From Opitutales bacterium (GTDB lineage Bacteria; Verrucomicrobiota; Verrucomicrobiia; Opitutales; PNEW01): a stretch of DNA of 32,000 nt. The DNA lies in NCBI GenBank assembly GCA_965219535.1, contig CBDCNV010000001.1, positions 1,920,001-1,952,000 of the forward strand, written 5' to 3'. Numbering within the stretch: the stretch's first letter is position 1; the number at the start of each line of letters is the position of its first letter. The notes under the pieces are model-generated. The model was not told where the DNA came from. It was given only the letters and a program-made list of their open reading frames with translations, and did not search any database. Shown piece after piece: positions 1 to 11,414 of this stretch. Position numbers and translations under genes: made by a program.

Positions 1-991
1 AATTATCAGCCAGTTTCCCTGTTCCGAAAGTATCGACATGGATGCTGGTCGGGAGAGGATGGCCAATTGCATAGGCAACTTGAATCTCTACCGCTGAAGC
101 GAGACCCGCCGCCACGACATTTTTTGCCACCCACCGAGTCATATAGGCTGCAGATCGGTCCACCTTCGTAGGATCCTTGCCCGAAAAAGCACCACCGCCA
201 TGACGTGCCCAACCACCATAAGTATCTGTGATGATCTTACGTCCCGTTAAGCCGGCATCTCCCTGCGGACCTCCAATGACGAATTTACCTGTGGGGTTAA
301 TAAGAAATTCGGTTTTTTTAGACAATAGATTCTTCGGTAATACTTTTTTAATGATTTTCTCGATACAAAATTTTTCAATTTCACGGTGAGCCATCTCCGC
401 TACGTGCTGGGTAGAAATCACTACATTTCTGATCGACACGGGTTTTCCATCTGAATACTCAACTGCCACTTGAGATTTACAATCTGGCCTTAACCATCTC
501 CCATTCTTGCCATTTCTCTCTACCGCTATACGGCGATTTAAACGGTGCGCAAACATTATCGGGGCAGGCATTTTTTCTGAGGTATCGTTACATGCAAAGC
601 CAAACATGATCCCCTGATCGCCCGCTCCCTGTTGAGCTGTTTTTTTACCCGTGGCTCGCTTTGCATCCACTCCTTGTGAGATATCTGCTGACTGTGAAGT
701 GAGATAGTTTGAAATAAAAACCTTATCGGCATGAAAACTGTCATCATCATTAGTATAACCTATTTCACGAATCGCCCGGCGAACGACTTTTTCATAATCG
801 AATTTTGCCTTAGTGGAAATCTCACCAGCCAGGACGACACAGTTACTCTTAACTAAGGTTTCACAGGCGACTCTACTTTTCCTATCCCCGGTGAGACAAG
901 CATCAAGGATGCTATCTGAAATATAGTCGGCAACTTTATCAGGATGGCCTTCACCAACAGATTCTGAAGAAAATATAAATGATTCGGGCAT
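1..991 (-). CDS. metK: S-adenosylmethionine synthetase, C-terminus truncated by the window edge
   Basis: Manual translation of the minus strand from the ATG at 991..989 gives [30 protein letters not shown]... and runs open to position 1, ending ...[14 protein letters not shown]. These are classic MetK motifs. The gene is absent from the ORF track because no stop codon lies inside the window. Confidence 0.93.
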   Translation of the reverse strand, partial: MPESFIFSSESVGEGHPDKVADYISDSILDACLTGDRKSRVACETLVKSNCVVLAGEISTKAKFDYEKVVRRAIREIGYTNDDDSFHADKVFISNYLTSQSADISQGVDAKRATGKKTAQQGAGDQGIMFGFACNDTSEKMPAPIMFAHRLNRRIAVERNGKNGRWLRPDCKSQVAVEYSDGKPVSIRNVVISTQHVAEMAHREIEKFCIEKIIKKVLPKNLLSKKTEFLINPTGKFVIGGPQGDAGLTGRKIITDTYGGWARHGGGAFSGKDPTKVDRSAAYMTRWVAKNVVAAGLASAVEIQVAYAIGHPLPTSIHVDTFGTGKLADN

Positions 992-1144
992 TTAATATTT
1001 ATACGGTTTTTGTCCTTTGCAATGAGTTCTAAGCATAAGTTAGATACGCTAAATATCTGGATATGACTTTCATGCAAGTCAACGTGAAAACATTAGAGCA
1101 GTACCTATAAGTAACTAATTGTAAGTAAACTAACTTACCCAAGA

Positions 1145-2971
1145 TTAAAGACGGCTGACTAGTAGTTCTCGTTCATCGCTAAATTCATGTGGCACGCGGT
1201 CTGCGAGTTTAAGAAAAAATTCTTCATGTTGTAAGGATTGCATTTTAGCAATTTTAGGATCGAAATGCATCAGTTGATCCCATTGCTCTTCACTGTAGTC
1301 GAGCCCTCTCCAATCAATATCATTATAGTATGGGATCCATCCAAGCGGTGATTCTTCAGCTTCAATCTTGTCATTCGTGCGTTCTACAATCCATTTGAGC
1401 ACACGCATATTCTGGCCGTAACCTGGCCACATGAAATTCCCCTCCCCATCCTTCCTGAACCAGTTAACATGGAAAATAATAGGTTTCTCAGTGAATTTAT
1501 TCCCCATATTAATCCAGTGGTGGAAATAATCACCCATATGGTAACCGCAAAATGGAAGCATGGCCATCGGATCATTGCGGAGTTGTCCGACTTTACCTTC
1601 TGCCGCAGCTGTTTGCTCTGATCCCATCGTCGCCCCAACATACACCCCATTTGTCCAATTCAATGATTGATAAACGAGAGGAATATCGGACATTCGTCGT
1701 CCCCCAAAAATAAATGCGTCTATCGGGACCCCCTTTGGGTCTTCCCAAGCAGGATCAATCGTTGGGCATTGCCTCGCAGGCGCCGTAAATCGTGCATTCG
1801 GATGGGAGGCGGGGCGATCGCTGTCAGGAGTCCAGTCGTTGCCTTGCCAGTCAATAAGGTGGGACGGTGTATCTTCCGTCATCTCTTCCCACCACACATC
1901 TCCATCATCGGTCATAGCGACATTAGTAAAAATGGAATTCTCTTTAATAGAATCCATAGCATTGGGGTTAGTAGCATAAGATGTTCCAGGTGCTACCCCA
2001 AAAAAGCCAGCCTCGGGATTTATCCCATAAGGCTTACCATCCTCACCAGGCTTGATCCAAGCGATATCATCGCCAATCGTGGTCACTTTCCAACCATCCA
2101 TTTCTTGTGGAGGTATAAGCATCGCAAAATTCGTTTTACCACAGGCGCTTGGAAATGCTGCGCTGACATAAGTTTTGTCTCCCTCTGGTGATTCCACACC
2201 GAGAATAAGCATGTGCTCAGCAAGCCACCCCTCATCGCGCGCCATGTTGGATGCAATGCGCAAGGCAAAACATTTTTTACCTAAGAGTGCGTTTCCTCCA
2301 TATCCGCTTCCGTAGGAATAGATTGATCGGGTTTCTGGATAATGGACAATATATTTATTATCTGGATTACAGGGCCATGAAACATCTTTGTCTCCCTCAT
2401 TCAAAGGCATACCCACTGAGTGAAGACAGGGGACATAAGATCCTTTATCCCCCAGAGCCTCGATGACTTTCTCCCCTACCCGTGTCATAATATGCATGCT
2501 GACGACGACGTAAGGTGAGTCGGTAACTTCAATTCCAATTTGTGAAATCGGTGACCCGATAGGTCCCATACTAAAAGGAATAATGTACATCGTTCTGCCA
2601 CGCATGCATCCATCATATAATTTTTCCAATGTCGCCCACATTTCACCGGGCCCCATCCAGTTATTGGTTGGTCCAACATCTTCTTCCTGTTTTGTGCATA
2701 TGAATGTTCTATCTTCGACGCGTGCAACATCACCAGGATCTGAGCGACAGAGAAAACTGTTTGGACGTTTTTCAGCATTCAGTCGAATGAAAGTGCCACT
2801 TTGCACCATCTGTTCACAGAGCCTGTTATACTCTTCTTGTGAACCATCACACCAGTAAACGTCCTTTGGTTTACACAATGTGCTTATCTCATTAATCCAT
2901 TTCTGAAGAGACTGGTTTTTAATTTCAGGATTTTGCTGATCTGCTTTTTCACTCATTACATTAATTCTCAA
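1145..2971 (-). CDS. pckG: Phosphoenolpyruvate carboxykinase (GTP-dependent)
   Basis: 608-aa ORF. The length and motifs (FPSACGKTN kinase-1a-like P-loop, GDDIAW, NARFT) match the GTP-PEPCK family. Confidence 0.93.
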   Translation of the reverse strand: MRINVMSEKADQQNPEIKNQSLQKWINEISTLCKPKDVYWCDGSQEEYNRLCEQMVQSGTFIRLNAEKRPNSFLCRSDPGDVARVEDRTFICTKQEEDVGPTNNWMGPGEMWATLEKLYDGCMRGRTMYIIPFSMGPIGSPISQIGIEVTDSPYVVVSMHIMTRVGEKVIEALGDKGSYVPCLHSVGMPLNEGDKDVSWPCNPDNKYIVHYPETRSIYSYGSGYGGNALLGKKCFALRIASNMARDEGWLAEHMLILGVESPEGDKTYVSAAFPSACGKTNFAMLIPPQEMDGWKVTTIGDDIAWIKPGEDGKPYGINPEAGFFGVAPGTSYATNPNAMDSIKENSIFTNVAMTDDGDVWWEEMTEDTPSHLIDWQGNDWTPDSDRPASHPNARFTAPARQCPTIDPAWEDPKGVPIDAFIFGGRRMSDIPLVYQSLNWTNGVYVGATMGSEQTAAAEGKVGQLRNDPMAMLPFCGYHMGDYFHHWINMGNKFTEKPIIFHVNWFRKDGEGNFMWPGYGQNMRVLKWIVERTNDKIEAEESPLGWIPYYNDIDWRGLDYSEEQWDQLMHFDPKIAKMQSLQHEEFFLKLADRVPHEFSDERELLVSRL

Positions 2972-3158
2972 TTTTAATTATTAAGGGGGGTGATTACATC
3001 TAATTTATAAAATGAATATAAAACACACGGCGTTCGAAGTCTATAAACTAGTTATAACCAATATTTTAAAGTTATTTCTATCATTTGATCAAAAGAAAAT
3101 ATCTAATTTACAAACTAGGGCTATAATGAGTTGGAAAAAAATGCAATGAGCGAAAATA

Positions 3159-3479
3159 TTATTTTATCCCTACTTTGGACAGCTTCTTGCGATGCGCTTT
3201 AATAAAACATAAAACGAACGCGCCACCGGGAGCCCAAACGAATGAGAAAAAACTAAGATCTGCCATACCTTTTTGAGTCATAAATATTAGAGAATAATTA
3301 AATCTTAATAGGGACCCGACTAATGGATAAAGGATTGCTCCAATGACAGTGCCAACGAAGATAATACTTAGCATGTATCCCAAAAATAAAGCCATCCAGT
3401 AAGTAGTTGTTTTCAGGTATTTTTTAACGAGCATTACTTGCATATCATTATGATGAAAAATAATTTCTGATTGATGCAA
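3159..3479 (-). CDS. Hypothetical small membrane protein
   Basis: 106-aa ORF with 2-3 hydrophobic segments (WMALFLGYMLSIIFVGTVIGAILYPLVG, LSFFSFVWAPGGAFVLCFI). I recognise no family. Confidence 0.4.
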   Translation of the reverse strand: MHQSEIIFHHNDMQVMLVKKYLKTTTYWMALFLGYMLSIIFVGTVIGAILYPLVGSLLRFNYSLIFMTQKGMADLSFFSFVWAPGGAFVLCFIKAHRKKLSKVGIK

Positions 3480-3526
3480 CTATTAGTTTGTAATTTTATA
3501 GCTGAACCGGCAATTGATACTAAACC

Positions 3527-3949
3527 ATGGTTATTGCAAAATCTATAATTAGGGTGCGTTACGCCGAAACAGATATGATGGGTATCGCCTATTATGGCAA
3601 CTACTTCACCTGGTTCGAAGTAGCGCGTATTCACCTGCTCGATGATCTGGGAATGCCCTATCGAGAATTAGAAGAACAGGGATTTAGACTCCCAGTTCTT
3701 GAAACGAAGGCCGAATATAAACAGCCAGCACGATTTGACGATGAAGTGGAGATAAAAACGTTATTGAAAGAAATGCCTACTGTTAGATTTACCATTGATT
3801 ACGAATTGTATGTTGAAAGCAAATTGATCTCCACAGGTTATACCCGCCATGCTTTTACAAATTTGGAGGGGCAGCCGACGAGACCTCCCAAAATTTTTAT
3901 AACAAGGCTGAAAGAATATTTTTCCCCCGAAGCATCGTCAGGTATATAA
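3527..3949 (+). CDS. Acyl-CoA thioesterase, 4HBT/YbgC hotdog-fold family
   Basis: 140 aa. The N-terminal pattern VRYAETDMMGIAYYGNYFTWFEVAR is typical of YbgC/4-hydroxybenzoyl-CoA thioesterase-like proteins, with the catalytic Asp in ETD. Confidence 0.8.
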   Translation: MVIAKSIIRVRYAETDMMGIAYYGNYFTWFEVARIHLLDDLGMPYRELEEQGFRLPVLETKAEYKQPARFDDEVEIKTLLKEMPTVRFTIDYELYVESKLISTGYTRHAFTNLEGQPTRPPKIFITRLKEYFSPEASSGI

Positions 3950-3952
3950 TGC

Positions 3953-4495
3953 TTAAGGGAACATGGCTGCCTGTTTTCGATAAATACGTAGTGCGTGTTC
4001 GACGATTTCCGTAATGGATCGATTGTCGGTATATATTCCAGTCCCTGCTTGAAGATAGATCGATTCTCGTTCAGCTAAGAGTTCAGCAATTTTTTCTTCA
4101 GGTGATTCTACATTCAAGAGTGGTCGGTTTAAATTACTGGATGTTCGTTTTAATATAGTGCTTGCTGAGGCAAAGAGACAAATGAGTACTCCCTTAGACT
4201 TTAGAATATCAATCATCCCCTCTTGCATTATTAGCCCACCTCCGCAGGCGATTATACAACCAGTCTCAGCGTGACCTGACACAACAAACTCCCTTTCCAT
4301 CTTACGAAATACCGATTCTCCTTCCTGAGCGAAAATATCTTTTATCGGTTTTCCCGCTATTTTTACAATCTCGGAATCAGAATCAATAAATTCCATCTGC
4401 ATCGCCTTAGCTAACTGGCGACCTATAGCAGACTTTCCCGTCCCCATAAACCCGACAAGGTACAGGTTTACGTTTAGCTTAGGATCAATAGTCAT
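3953..4495 (-). CDS. aroK: Shikimate kinase
   Basis: 180 aa. It has the Walker A motif GFMGTGKSAIGRQLA followed by DSD, and an LxxRPLL-like motif (NLNRPLL). Confidence 0.88.
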   Translation of the reverse strand: MTIDPKLNVNLYLVGFMGTGKSAIGRQLAKAMQMEFIDSDSEIVKIAGKPIKDIFAQEGESVFRKMEREFVVSGHAETGCIIACGGGLIMQEGMIDILKSKGVLICLFASASTILKRTSSNLNRPLLNVESPEEKIAELLAERESIYLQAGTGIYTDNRSITEIVEHALRIYRKQAAMFP

Positions 4496-4560
4496 GTGTA
4501 ATTATTTACGAATGACATATGCCAAGGGAGAGTATTGCTGAATCAGTGCTCTAATCAGTT

Positions 4561-5934
4561 TTATCTAGAATTGGCAATCGATGCGAGGATACGCTCGGTT
4601 GCATCAATAGCTTTACCCATCAGATCGAGATTAAAGCTTTCATTAGGTGCATGTATACTATCACTGGGGGTGACAAAGCCTAACATTAGAGAGTCCAAAC
4701 CCGCTACTTTTTTTAAATCTGCGATTATAGGTATGCTGCCCCCTTCACGCAGGTACAAGGGTGGTTTTCCGAACACATCAGATATTGCACTATCAGCCGC
4801 GCGGAAGGCCTGAGTTAGGGCCGGAGATTGATCAGATGGAGAATTTGGACGATCAGGAGGAACAACAAGGTAGGGAGATCCTCCATGCCCCTCTTTCACC
4901 TCGAGAGAAACGTGTGGTGGACACCGCTCTTTAATCGCGTCAGAGATTAATCGTGTAATCTCTTCAGGATTCTGATCGGCCACGAGCCGACTCGTTATTT
5001 TTGCAAATGCCTTTGAGGGAATAATGGTCTTATTCCCCTCTCCCTGATAGCCACCACCAATACCATTGAATTCCATGGTTGGACAAAACCTCACTGCTTC
5101 GAACGATGAATATCCACCACTTGTATAGAATTGTTTTACTCCCAGGAGCTTTGCAAAATCATCTTCGCTTGATTCTATTCCTTTCAGTTCCTCGATTTCC
5201 CAATTGGGCACTTCGCGAACATCATTATAAAAACCCTCAATATTGATGGTACCATCTTGATTATGGAGTGACGCACATATTTCGGAAACAACTTGAATAG
5301 GATTCAAGACAGCTCCCCCGTAAAATCCAGAATGAAGATCAGATTGCGATCCAGTAACTTCAAACTCAATGCCAACTACGCCACGCAGACCCGTGGTGAT
5401 TACAATTTGCTCTGGACTAATGCAACCCGTGTCAGACAGAAGAAGAAAATCTCCCTCTAATCTATCTTTATATTGCTTAAGAAAGTCTCCAAAGCTCGGG
5501 CTGCCAGTCTCCTCTTCTCCCTCAATAAGAAAAGTTATTCGTAAAGGTAATTGCTCGTGTTTTTCCAGTAACCGGGCAACCGCAGAAATAAGGATTAGCA
5601 GAGGACCCTTGTTATCAGCCGCGCCGCGGGCATATATACGGTTGCCACGAATTTCAGGCTCAAAAGGTGGACTAGACCAAAGATCAAACGGATCAGCCGG
5701 TTGGACATCGTAATGACCATAAATTATTACATGAGGCCATTCTTTATCGTCATTCAGGGTAGCCAATATGATCGGGTGTAAAGGTGTTTTAATGACTTCA
5801 ACAGAACAGCCAATACTTTCCAATAGACTACTCATGTAGCTTCTGGCCCCCTCCATTCCTTCTTTATAGTCGGGATCAGTTGAAACACTGGGAAAGCGCA
5901 AATATTCCTGGATAACTTTTATTGGATCAAACAT
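4561..5934 (-). CDS. M20-family metallopeptidase (dipeptidase-like)
   Basis: 457 aa. Motifs include YGHYDVQPAD, RGAADNKGP and EGEEETGS, which are typical of M20 ArgE/DapE/CNDP-type zinc peptidases. Confidence 0.82.
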   Translation of the reverse strand: MFDPIKVIQEYLRFPSVSTDPDYKEGMEGARSYMSSLLESIGCSVEVIKTPLHPIILATLNDDKEWPHVIIYGHYDVQPADPFDLWSSPPFEPEIRGNRIYARGAADNKGPLLILISAVARLLEKHEQLPLRITFLIEGEEETGSPSFGDFLKQYKDRLEGDFLLLSDTGCISPEQIVITTGLRGVVGIEFEVTGSQSDLHSGFYGGAVLNPIQVVSEICASLHNQDGTINIEGFYNDVREVPNWEIEELKGIESSEDDFAKLLGVKQFYTSGGYSSFEAVRFCPTMEFNGIGGGYQGEGNKTIIPSKAFAKITSRLVADQNPEEITRLISDAIKERCPPHVSLEVKEGHGGSPYLVVPPDRPNSPSDQSPALTQAFRAADSAISDVFGKPPLYLREGGSIPIIADLKKVAGLDSLMLGFVTPSDSIHAPNESFNLDLMGKAIDATERILASIANSR

Positions 5935-6053
5935 TGCTAATGGCTTGTTTTAGAAAAGCATCTATAACAAGTATCGCTCATTGATTTGCTGTAAACGAAA
6001 AAAACAGCCTCTAATTTAGCGCGCATCACTATCCGGATTTAACAGTAATTAAT

Positions 6054-6887
6054 CTACTGAATCACTTGAATACGAGAACCTCCAGATCCTCTTTCAAAAG
6101 CTTCGACTGCCTGGGGCATGTGTTTATGCAACAATAAGACCCTATCTTCATGAGAAGGATGCGTCGATAACCACTGAGGTGGGACAGGTTTCCCTTCGGT
6201 TTCTTTATTCATGCGTTCCCAAAAATCGATTGCTTGTCGTGGATCGTATCCAGCACGCGCCATGTAAATTAATCCGATGTGGTCGGCTTCCATCTCCTTT
6301 TTTCGTGTAAAAGCATAAGTGCCTAATTGACTTCCCAATCCATAGGCGTTGAGGACAATACTTTGCGTGATATATCCCTGTCCACCAGTAGCAATGGACG
6401 CAGCAGCAGCACCTCCTCTTATAAGCATATCTTGAGAGAGTTTTTCATTTACATGTTTGGCTGCAACATGAGCAAGCTCATGGCCAATAACTACGGCCAA
6501 ATCTTCTTCACTTTCAACTATACGAAAGAGTCCGCTGAAGACGCCGACTTTTCCCCCAGACATCGCAAATGCATTTACCCTGTCGGGATCCTCAAAGACA
6601 ATAAACTCCCAATCCGCATTTAGAATATCCCAGGAATTGGCATCAGCGATACGCTTCCCTACCTTCTCAACAATTGCGTTGTACTTAGAATTCCGCGAAA
6701 TTGGATTTTGATTTTTTATCGACTGGAATGCTTCAGCACTCATTTTAATGACCTCATCCTCTGAAGCCATACTTAATGCTGCACGCCCAGTAACCGGAAC
6801 AGTATGACAAGCGGTCAAGAGGGAAGAGAGAATTAATATTCCAAGTGTAATACTTAACCGCAAATAAATATTCAGCATTGTTCTCAT
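6054..6887 (-). CDS. M48-family zinc metallopeptidase, predicted lipoprotein (YcaL-like)
   Basis: 277 aa. It has an HELAHV zinc motif, a downstream E...D...H, and a signal peptide with a lipobox-like LLTAC. Confidence 0.82.
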   Translation of the reverse strand: MRTMLNIYLRLSITLGILILSSLLTACHTVPVTGRAALSMASEDEVIKMSAEAFQSIKNQNPISRNSKYNAIVEKVGKRIADANSWDILNADWEFIVFEDPDRVNAFAMSGGKVGVFSGLFRIVESEEDLAVVIGHELAHVAAKHVNEKLSQDMLIRGGAAAASIATGGQGYITQSIVLNAYGLGSQLGTYAFTRKKEMEADHIGLIYMARAGYDPRQAIDFWERMNKETEGKPVPPQWLSTHPSHEDRVLLLHKHMPQAVEAFERGSGGSRIQVIQ

Positions 6888-6990
6888 TACATTAATCTAG
6901 GGAAGCAATGATTAATAGTTTTAAACAAGTGTTAATCAGTCTATGTGTATTAGAAATTCAGACACCACCAGTGGATCAATAGTTCCACCA

Positions 6991-8538
6991 CTAATGGCGA
7001 AAATGACGCGCATTGGTGAAGACCATAGCCATATTATGCTTGTTAGCCGCGGTAATAACTTCTTCATCCCGCAGTGATCCACCTGTTTGAATTACAGCCG
7101 TAGCACCTGACTCAGCTGCAGCAATCAAGCCATCAGCAAAGGGAATCAAAGCATCAGAGGCCATGATCGATCCATCGAGCGCGAGACCTGCTTCATTCGC
7201 TTTCCATACCGCAATCTTTGAACTGTCTACCCTGGACATTTGCCCCGCGCCAATACCCAGGGTACGCTCTCCACGGGCATATACAATGGCATTGGATTTT
7301 ATGTGTTTTACTACGCGCCAACCAAAAAGCATCGCGTCCCATTCTTCTCTTGTGGGCTCACGATCACTGACTACTTTAAACGCTTTTGAATTTATAGCTT
7401 GTGAATCAGGCTCTTGCGCCAGGATGCCACCTATAACTGAACGTATTTCACGGTTCTCCCCCACCCCCTCTTGATCTCTCAATTTCATAAGCCTGAGGTT
7501 CTTTTTTTTCTTAAGTAATTGCTCTCCCTCAGCCGTATAATTTGGTGCGATGACGATTTCACAAAATATTTCCCTGATTTTATTCGCCAAGTCATTATCG
7601 AGTTCACGATTGGTCACTATGATACCCCCGAAAGGGGCTTGTTTATCAGTAGCATATGCCTGCTCCCATGCTTCTATTAAATTTTCATCACTGGCCACGC
7701 CACAAGCGTTAGTATGTTTTAAGATAGCAACGGTTGGCTTTTCAAATTCTCTCATCAAGTGGGTCGCGGCTGTAATATCAAGAATATTACAATAGCTGAG
7801 TTCTTTCCCATGAAGCTGCTCGTAGCAGTCAAAAAATCGTCCGTAAAGAGCCGCCTCTTGATGAGGGTTTTCTCCATACCGCAATTTTTTAGAAAGTTGA
7901 AAATCAAAATGTATATTAGGAGGAAACTCTCCCTGCGTCGACGGCACTGGATTCTCAATTGCTTTTTCCAGATACTCTTCAATTGCCTGATCATACTTTG
8001 AGGTGCGCTTAAAAACTTTTAATGCTAACGCTCTGCGCAGATCTGGAAGTGCCTTTTCATCGCCAAGCCCCTCTATCACTCGATCGTAGTCATTCGGATC
8101 ACAAACTACAGTTACCGCCTCATGGTTCTTCGCTGCGCTTCGCAGCATCGATGGTCCACCAATATCAATGTTTTCAATCGCTTCTTCAACGCTTACTCCA
8201 GATTTAGCTACAGTCTCCTCAAAAGGATAGAGATTAACGACGACAAGATCGATCAGATCAATATTGTTATCCCTGGCTTGAGCCAGGTGCTCCGGCATGT
8301 CCCGACGACAGAGTATTCCACCGTAAATTTTGGGATGTAACGTTTTGATTCTTCCATCCATCAACTCGGGAAATCCAGTGTGATCACTTACCTCGTTAAC
8401 TTTCAAACCATTATATATCAATAGTTTAGCTGTTCCTCCTGTCGATAACAGGTGGTAGCCGTATCGTTTAACCAATGCCTCTGCAAAAGGTAATAAACCT
8501 GTTTTATCATTCACTGATATAAGCGCAATTTTACCCAT
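6991..8538 (-). CDS. purH: Bifunctional AICAR formyltransferase / IMP cyclohydrolase
   Basis: The ORF track gives 6991..8598. PurH homology starts at MGKIALISVNDKTGL, so I place the start at the ATG at 8538. The C-terminus ends ...ARHFRH, as is typical for PurH. Confidence 0.9.
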   Translation of the reverse strand: MGKIALISVNDKTGLLPFAEALVKRYGYHLLSTGGTAKLLIYNGLKVNEVSDHTGFPELMDGRIKTLHPKIYGGILCRRDMPEHLAQARDNNIDLIDLVVVNLYPFEETVAKSGVSVEEAIENIDIGGPSMLRSAAKNHEAVTVVCDPNDYDRVIEGLGDEKALPDLRRALALKVFKRTSKYDQAIEEYLEKAIENPVPSTQGEFPPNIHFDFQLSKKLRYGENPHQEAALYGRFFDCYEQLHGKELSYCNILDITAATHLMREFEKPTVAILKHTNACGVASDENLIEAWEQAYATDKQAPFGGIIVTNRELDNDLANKIREIFCEIVIAPNYTAEGEQLLKKKKNLRLMKLRDQEGVGENREIRSVIGGILAQEPDSQAINSKAFKVVSDREPTREEWDAMLFGWRVVKHIKSNAIVYARGERTLGIGAGQMSRVDSSKIAVWKANEAGLALDGSIMASDALIPFADGLIAAAESGATAVIQTGGSLRDEEVITAANKHNMAMVFTNARHFRH

Positions 8539-8731
8539 ACTTTTGTTTTGAATAGGAATATTATTTCGGCAAGAAAAATCAGATAAAGAAAGCTTCACTC
8601 AATGTGAAATTACAACAAAACTGATCTTATTGCATTTAATGAGCGCAATGAGTCTTTTCCTCTTTAGTAATTTACAAAATTTCAACTTACATTTAAATAT
8701 AGGATAAGTAAAATGTTCATATCGAGCTTAG

Positions 8732-9526
8732 ATGATTAATTCATTACCAGTGAAACCTCTAATTATAGCGGATCGCAAATTTAATTCTCGTCTCCTTGTC
8801 GGTACCGGTAAATTTTCATCGGGCGAAATCATGCGGGACAGTATTGAAGCGTCGGGTGCAAGCATTGTCACGGTGGCACTTAAAAGAGCGAGTCTGAGTG
8901 GTGAAAAAGATCCCTTCGCTGATATTTTAGAATATCTAGATGCAAAAAAATTTCTTATTCTACCTAATACTGCCGGCGCAATGAATGCGGAAGAAGCGGT
9001 ACGAATTGCGAGATTGGCAGCTGCCGCGGGTTTGCCACAATGGGTAAAACTCGAAATACATCCTGATCCAAATTACCTTTTACCGGATCCGGTCGAAACA
9101 TTGGCGGCAGCTGAAATTCTCGTTAAAGAGGGCTTTGTCGTTCTCCCCTATATTAACGCTGATCCTGTCATTGCAGCGCGCTTACAAGATATCGGTTGTG
9201 CAACCGTAATGCCATTGGGATCCCCGATAGGCAGCAACCGCGGTATTGAGACACGTGCACAAATTGAAATTATTCTTGAGCAAGCCCGCGTCCCCGTTGT
9301 CATAGATGCTGGGTTAGGCGCCCCTTCTCATACGGCATCAGCGATGGAAATGGGTGCGGATGCAGTTCTCGTAAATACGGCGATCGCTATTGCCGAAGAT
9401 CCCGTAAGTATGGCCAAAGCTTTTGCTCTATCTGTTCAAGCGGGTCGAGTCTACTACGAGATGGGGGCATCTCGTGTCACTAAAATGGCTGACGCTACTA
9501 GTCCCCTCACTAGTTTTCTTGATTGA
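8732..9526 (+). CDS. thiG: Thiazole synthase
   Basis: 264 aa. The N-terminus [12 protein letters not shown] and the TVALKR and [10 protein letters not shown] motifs are characteristic of ThiG. Confidence 0.92.
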   Translation: MINSLPVKPLIIADRKFNSRLLVGTGKFSSGEIMRDSIEASGASIVTVALKRASLSGEKDPFADILEYLDAKKFLILPNTAGAMNAEEAVRIARLAAAAGLPQWVKLEIHPDPNYLLPDPVETLAAAEILVKEGFVVLPYINADPVIAARLQDIGCATVMPLGSPIGSNRGIETRAQIEIILEQARVPVVIDAGLGAPSHTASAMEMGADAVLVNTAIAIAEDPVSMAKAFALSVQAGRVYYEMGASRVTKMADATSPLTSFLD

Positions 9527-9616
9527 GGATATCATCATTTGATGACATTCACCATCCTCTTTGGATTGATATGGAAATATTGAAATTATAGCGTATAGTT
9601 ATAGTAATTTATAAGA

Positions 9617-10777
9617 ATGAGCAATTTTTCTGATATTTATCAAAGCATACCTGTTGAAGCCTGGGTACAACAGTCGCTTGATACAAGTGAGCGGACATTG
9701 AAATCGATATTACGAAAAGGAAGGGCTCGCTCTCCCGCAGATTTTGCAGCTTTAATATCGCCCAGGGCATCTAATTATATCGAAGAATTAGCTCATCATT
9801 CAAACAAGATAACGCAGCGTCATTTTGGAAAAACGATTCGTCTATTTGCGCCACTTTACCTCTCTAACGAATGTGTGAATATCTGTACCTATTGCGGGTT
9901 TTCACGTAATAATGAGATACCCCGCATCACGATACCACTAGAACAGGTTGTCGCTGAAACGAAACTGTTGGCTAATCAAGGTTTTCGCTCGCTTCTTCTT
10001 GTCGCTGGTGAACATCCTAAATATGTTTCAAATGGTTATGTCGAAAAGTGCATTACCCATTGCCTTGAAATCATGCCGAGTATCGCGATTGAACTTGGCC
10101 CGCTGGAAACAGAAGGCTATAAACCTTTAGTCAATGCGGGTTGTGAAGGGCTGATTGTTTATCAGGAAACTTACCACCAACCAACCTATAAGGCAATTCA
10201 CCCCGCAGGGCCGAAAAAAAATTACTCGTGGCGCATGGACACCGCACAACGCGCCTATGCTGCGGGTTTTAGAAGAATAGGTCTCGGAGCGCTATATGGT
10301 CTTTACGACTGGCGATATGAAGCACTCTCCGTAGCCGCGCACGCTTTATTTTTGCTTCAACACTGCTGGAAAGCTCAATTGTCTATCAGTGTCTTACGTC
10401 TTCGCCCGGCTACGGGAAGTTTTACTCCCAATCAAAACTACCTTATGAGCGACAGAGATATTACCCAGCTCGTTTGTGCTTTTCGCATGCTTTTACCCCA
10501 TGCCAACATTGTCTTATCGACAAGAGAATCGCCCCAACTACGTAATGGACTAGTACGTCTTGGTATTACAACCATGAGTGCAGGGTCCAGCACTGAGCCG
10601 GGTGCTTACAGCCATTACGACGAATCTAATTGGTCTCCTAATTTAGAACAGCCGGGTGAACAATTTCATATAGCAGACGAACGAACGCCCAGTGAAATCG
10701 CAACCATGATTTCAAACCAAGGCTATGAACCTGTATGGAAAGACTTTGACCAATCGCTTGTAACTTCAAGTGAATGA
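9617..10777 (+). CDS. thiH: 2-iminoacetate synthase (radical SAM tyrosine lyase)
   Basis: 386 aa. It has the radical-SAM cluster motif CVNICTYCGF preceded by YLSNE, and sits between thiG and thiS. Confidence 0.88.
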   Translation: MSNFSDIYQSIPVEAWVQQSLDTSERTLKSILRKGRARSPADFAALISPRASNYIEELAHHSNKITQRHFGKTIRLFAPLYLSNECVNICTYCGFSRNNEIPRITIPLEQVVAETKLLANQGFRSLLLVAGEHPKYVSNGYVEKCITHCLEIMPSIAIELGPLETEGYKPLVNAGCEGLIVYQETYHQPTYKAIHPAGPKKNYSWRMDTAQRAYAAGFRRIGLGALYGLYDWRYEALSVAAHALFLLQHCWKAQLSISVLRLRPATGSFTPNQNYLMSDRDITQLVCAFRMLLPHANIVLSTRESPQLRNGLVRLGITTMSAGSSTEPGAYSHYDESNWSPNLEQPGEQFHIADERTPSEIATMISNQGYEPVWKDFDQSLVTSSE

Positions 10778-10792
10778 TATCCTCAATTACCG

Positions 10793-11011
10793 ATGGAAGA
10801 ATCGAAGCTCGTTCAAATCGTTGCGAATGGAAAAACCTTTAATGTCAGTGAAGGAATTTCTCTTCCCCAATTCCTCGAAAGTATCGATCTCTCCATAAAA
10901 AACGTGGTAGTTGAACGCAATCGAATCGCGCTATCTCCAATGGATGCAAAGAATACATTAATTGAAGATGGGGACTCACTCGAGATTGTGCGTATTGTCG
11001 CCGGTGGTTGA
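10793..11011 (+). CDS. thiS: Sulfur-carrier protein ThiS
   Basis: 72 aa, a ubiquitin-like small protein ending in ...IVRIVAGG with the C-terminal Gly-Gly. It follows thiH. Confidence 0.88.
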   Translation: MEESKLVQIVANGKTFNVSEGISLPQFLESIDLSIKNVVVERNRIALSPMDAKNTLIEDGDSLEIVRIVAGG

Positions 11012-11015
11012 AAAG

Positions 11016-11414
11016 ATGCAGGGCGATAGTATCGAATTGGATGGCTTAGAGGTTGTTGTTGACCGGCTTGTCCATCACAAGGATCCGATAAAATTTTCGG
11101 ATAAAACTCCTCATGCATTTATTTATTTTCTCACGATCAGAAATAATTCCAATCGAAAGGTGACCCTCAAAGCTCGTAAGTGGGTGATAAATAATTTTGA
11201 CGGTGAAACTCTTGTCATTGAAGGTGATAAAATTGTTGGACAAACACCTGAAATAGCTCCTGGTGATAAGTTTTCTTATAACAGCTATCATCTGACTGCT
11301 GTCAGTGGTCGAGCACACGGAAGTTTTCATGGAATTGACGATACACAACAGCACATCCATGTAAAAATCCCGCTTTTTGAAATGCTCATCCCAGAAAGCG
11401 ACGCATGTTACTGA
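11016..11414 (+). CDS. apaG: ApaG/DUF525-domain protein
   Basis: The track ORF starts at 10962 and overlaps thiS. I prefer the ATG at 11016, 4 nt after the thiS stop. The pattern YFLTIRNNSNRKVTLKARKWVI...GDKIVGQTPEIAPGDKFSYNS...G.F.G resembles ApaG. Confidence 0.7.
   Translation: MQGDSIELDGLEVVVDRLVHHKDPIKFSDKTPHAFIYFLTIRNNSNRKVTLKARKWVINNFDGETLVIEGDKIVGQTPEIAPGDKFSYNSYHLTAVSGRAHGSFHGIDDTQQHIHVKIPLFEMLIPESDACY

Noticed and set aside
992-1144. A possible SAM riboswitch or terminator between pckG and metK.
   Set aside because: I could find no SAM-I, SAM-II or SAM-V conserved core. There is only a weak AT-rich 6-bp hairpin (GTAAGT...ACTTAC) after the pckG stop.
1384-2858. Several 60-170-aa ORFs on both strands inside the pckG locus (for example 1667..2191 plus, 1384..1650 minus, 2485..2778 minus).
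   Set aside because: They lie entirely within a well-supported 608-aa PEPCK gene. They have low-complexity, Arg/Ser/Cys-rich translations typical of off-frame shadow ORFs, and I recognise no family motifs.
8539-8598. A 20-codon N-terminal extension of purH in the ORF track (MKLSLSDFSCRNNIPIQNKS).
   Set aside because: PurH homology begins at MGKIALISV, and the extension has no counterpart in the family. The internal ATG at 8538 is the more likely start.
8539-8731. A possible TPP riboswitch upstream of thiG. The string CTGATCT...AATG...CG loosely resembles part of the THI-box.
   Set aside because: The conserved CUGAGA element and the GGGG/CCC pairing partners are absent. The resemblance is limited to a few AT-rich bases. 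A covariance-model scan would still be the decisive test.
10962-11015. An upstream extension of the ApaG ORF that overlaps the thiS 3' end.
   Set aside because: The extension (MKMGTHSRLCVLSPVVEK) is out-of-frame thiS sequence. The ATG at 11016, 4 nt after the thiS stop, gives a standard-length ApaG.
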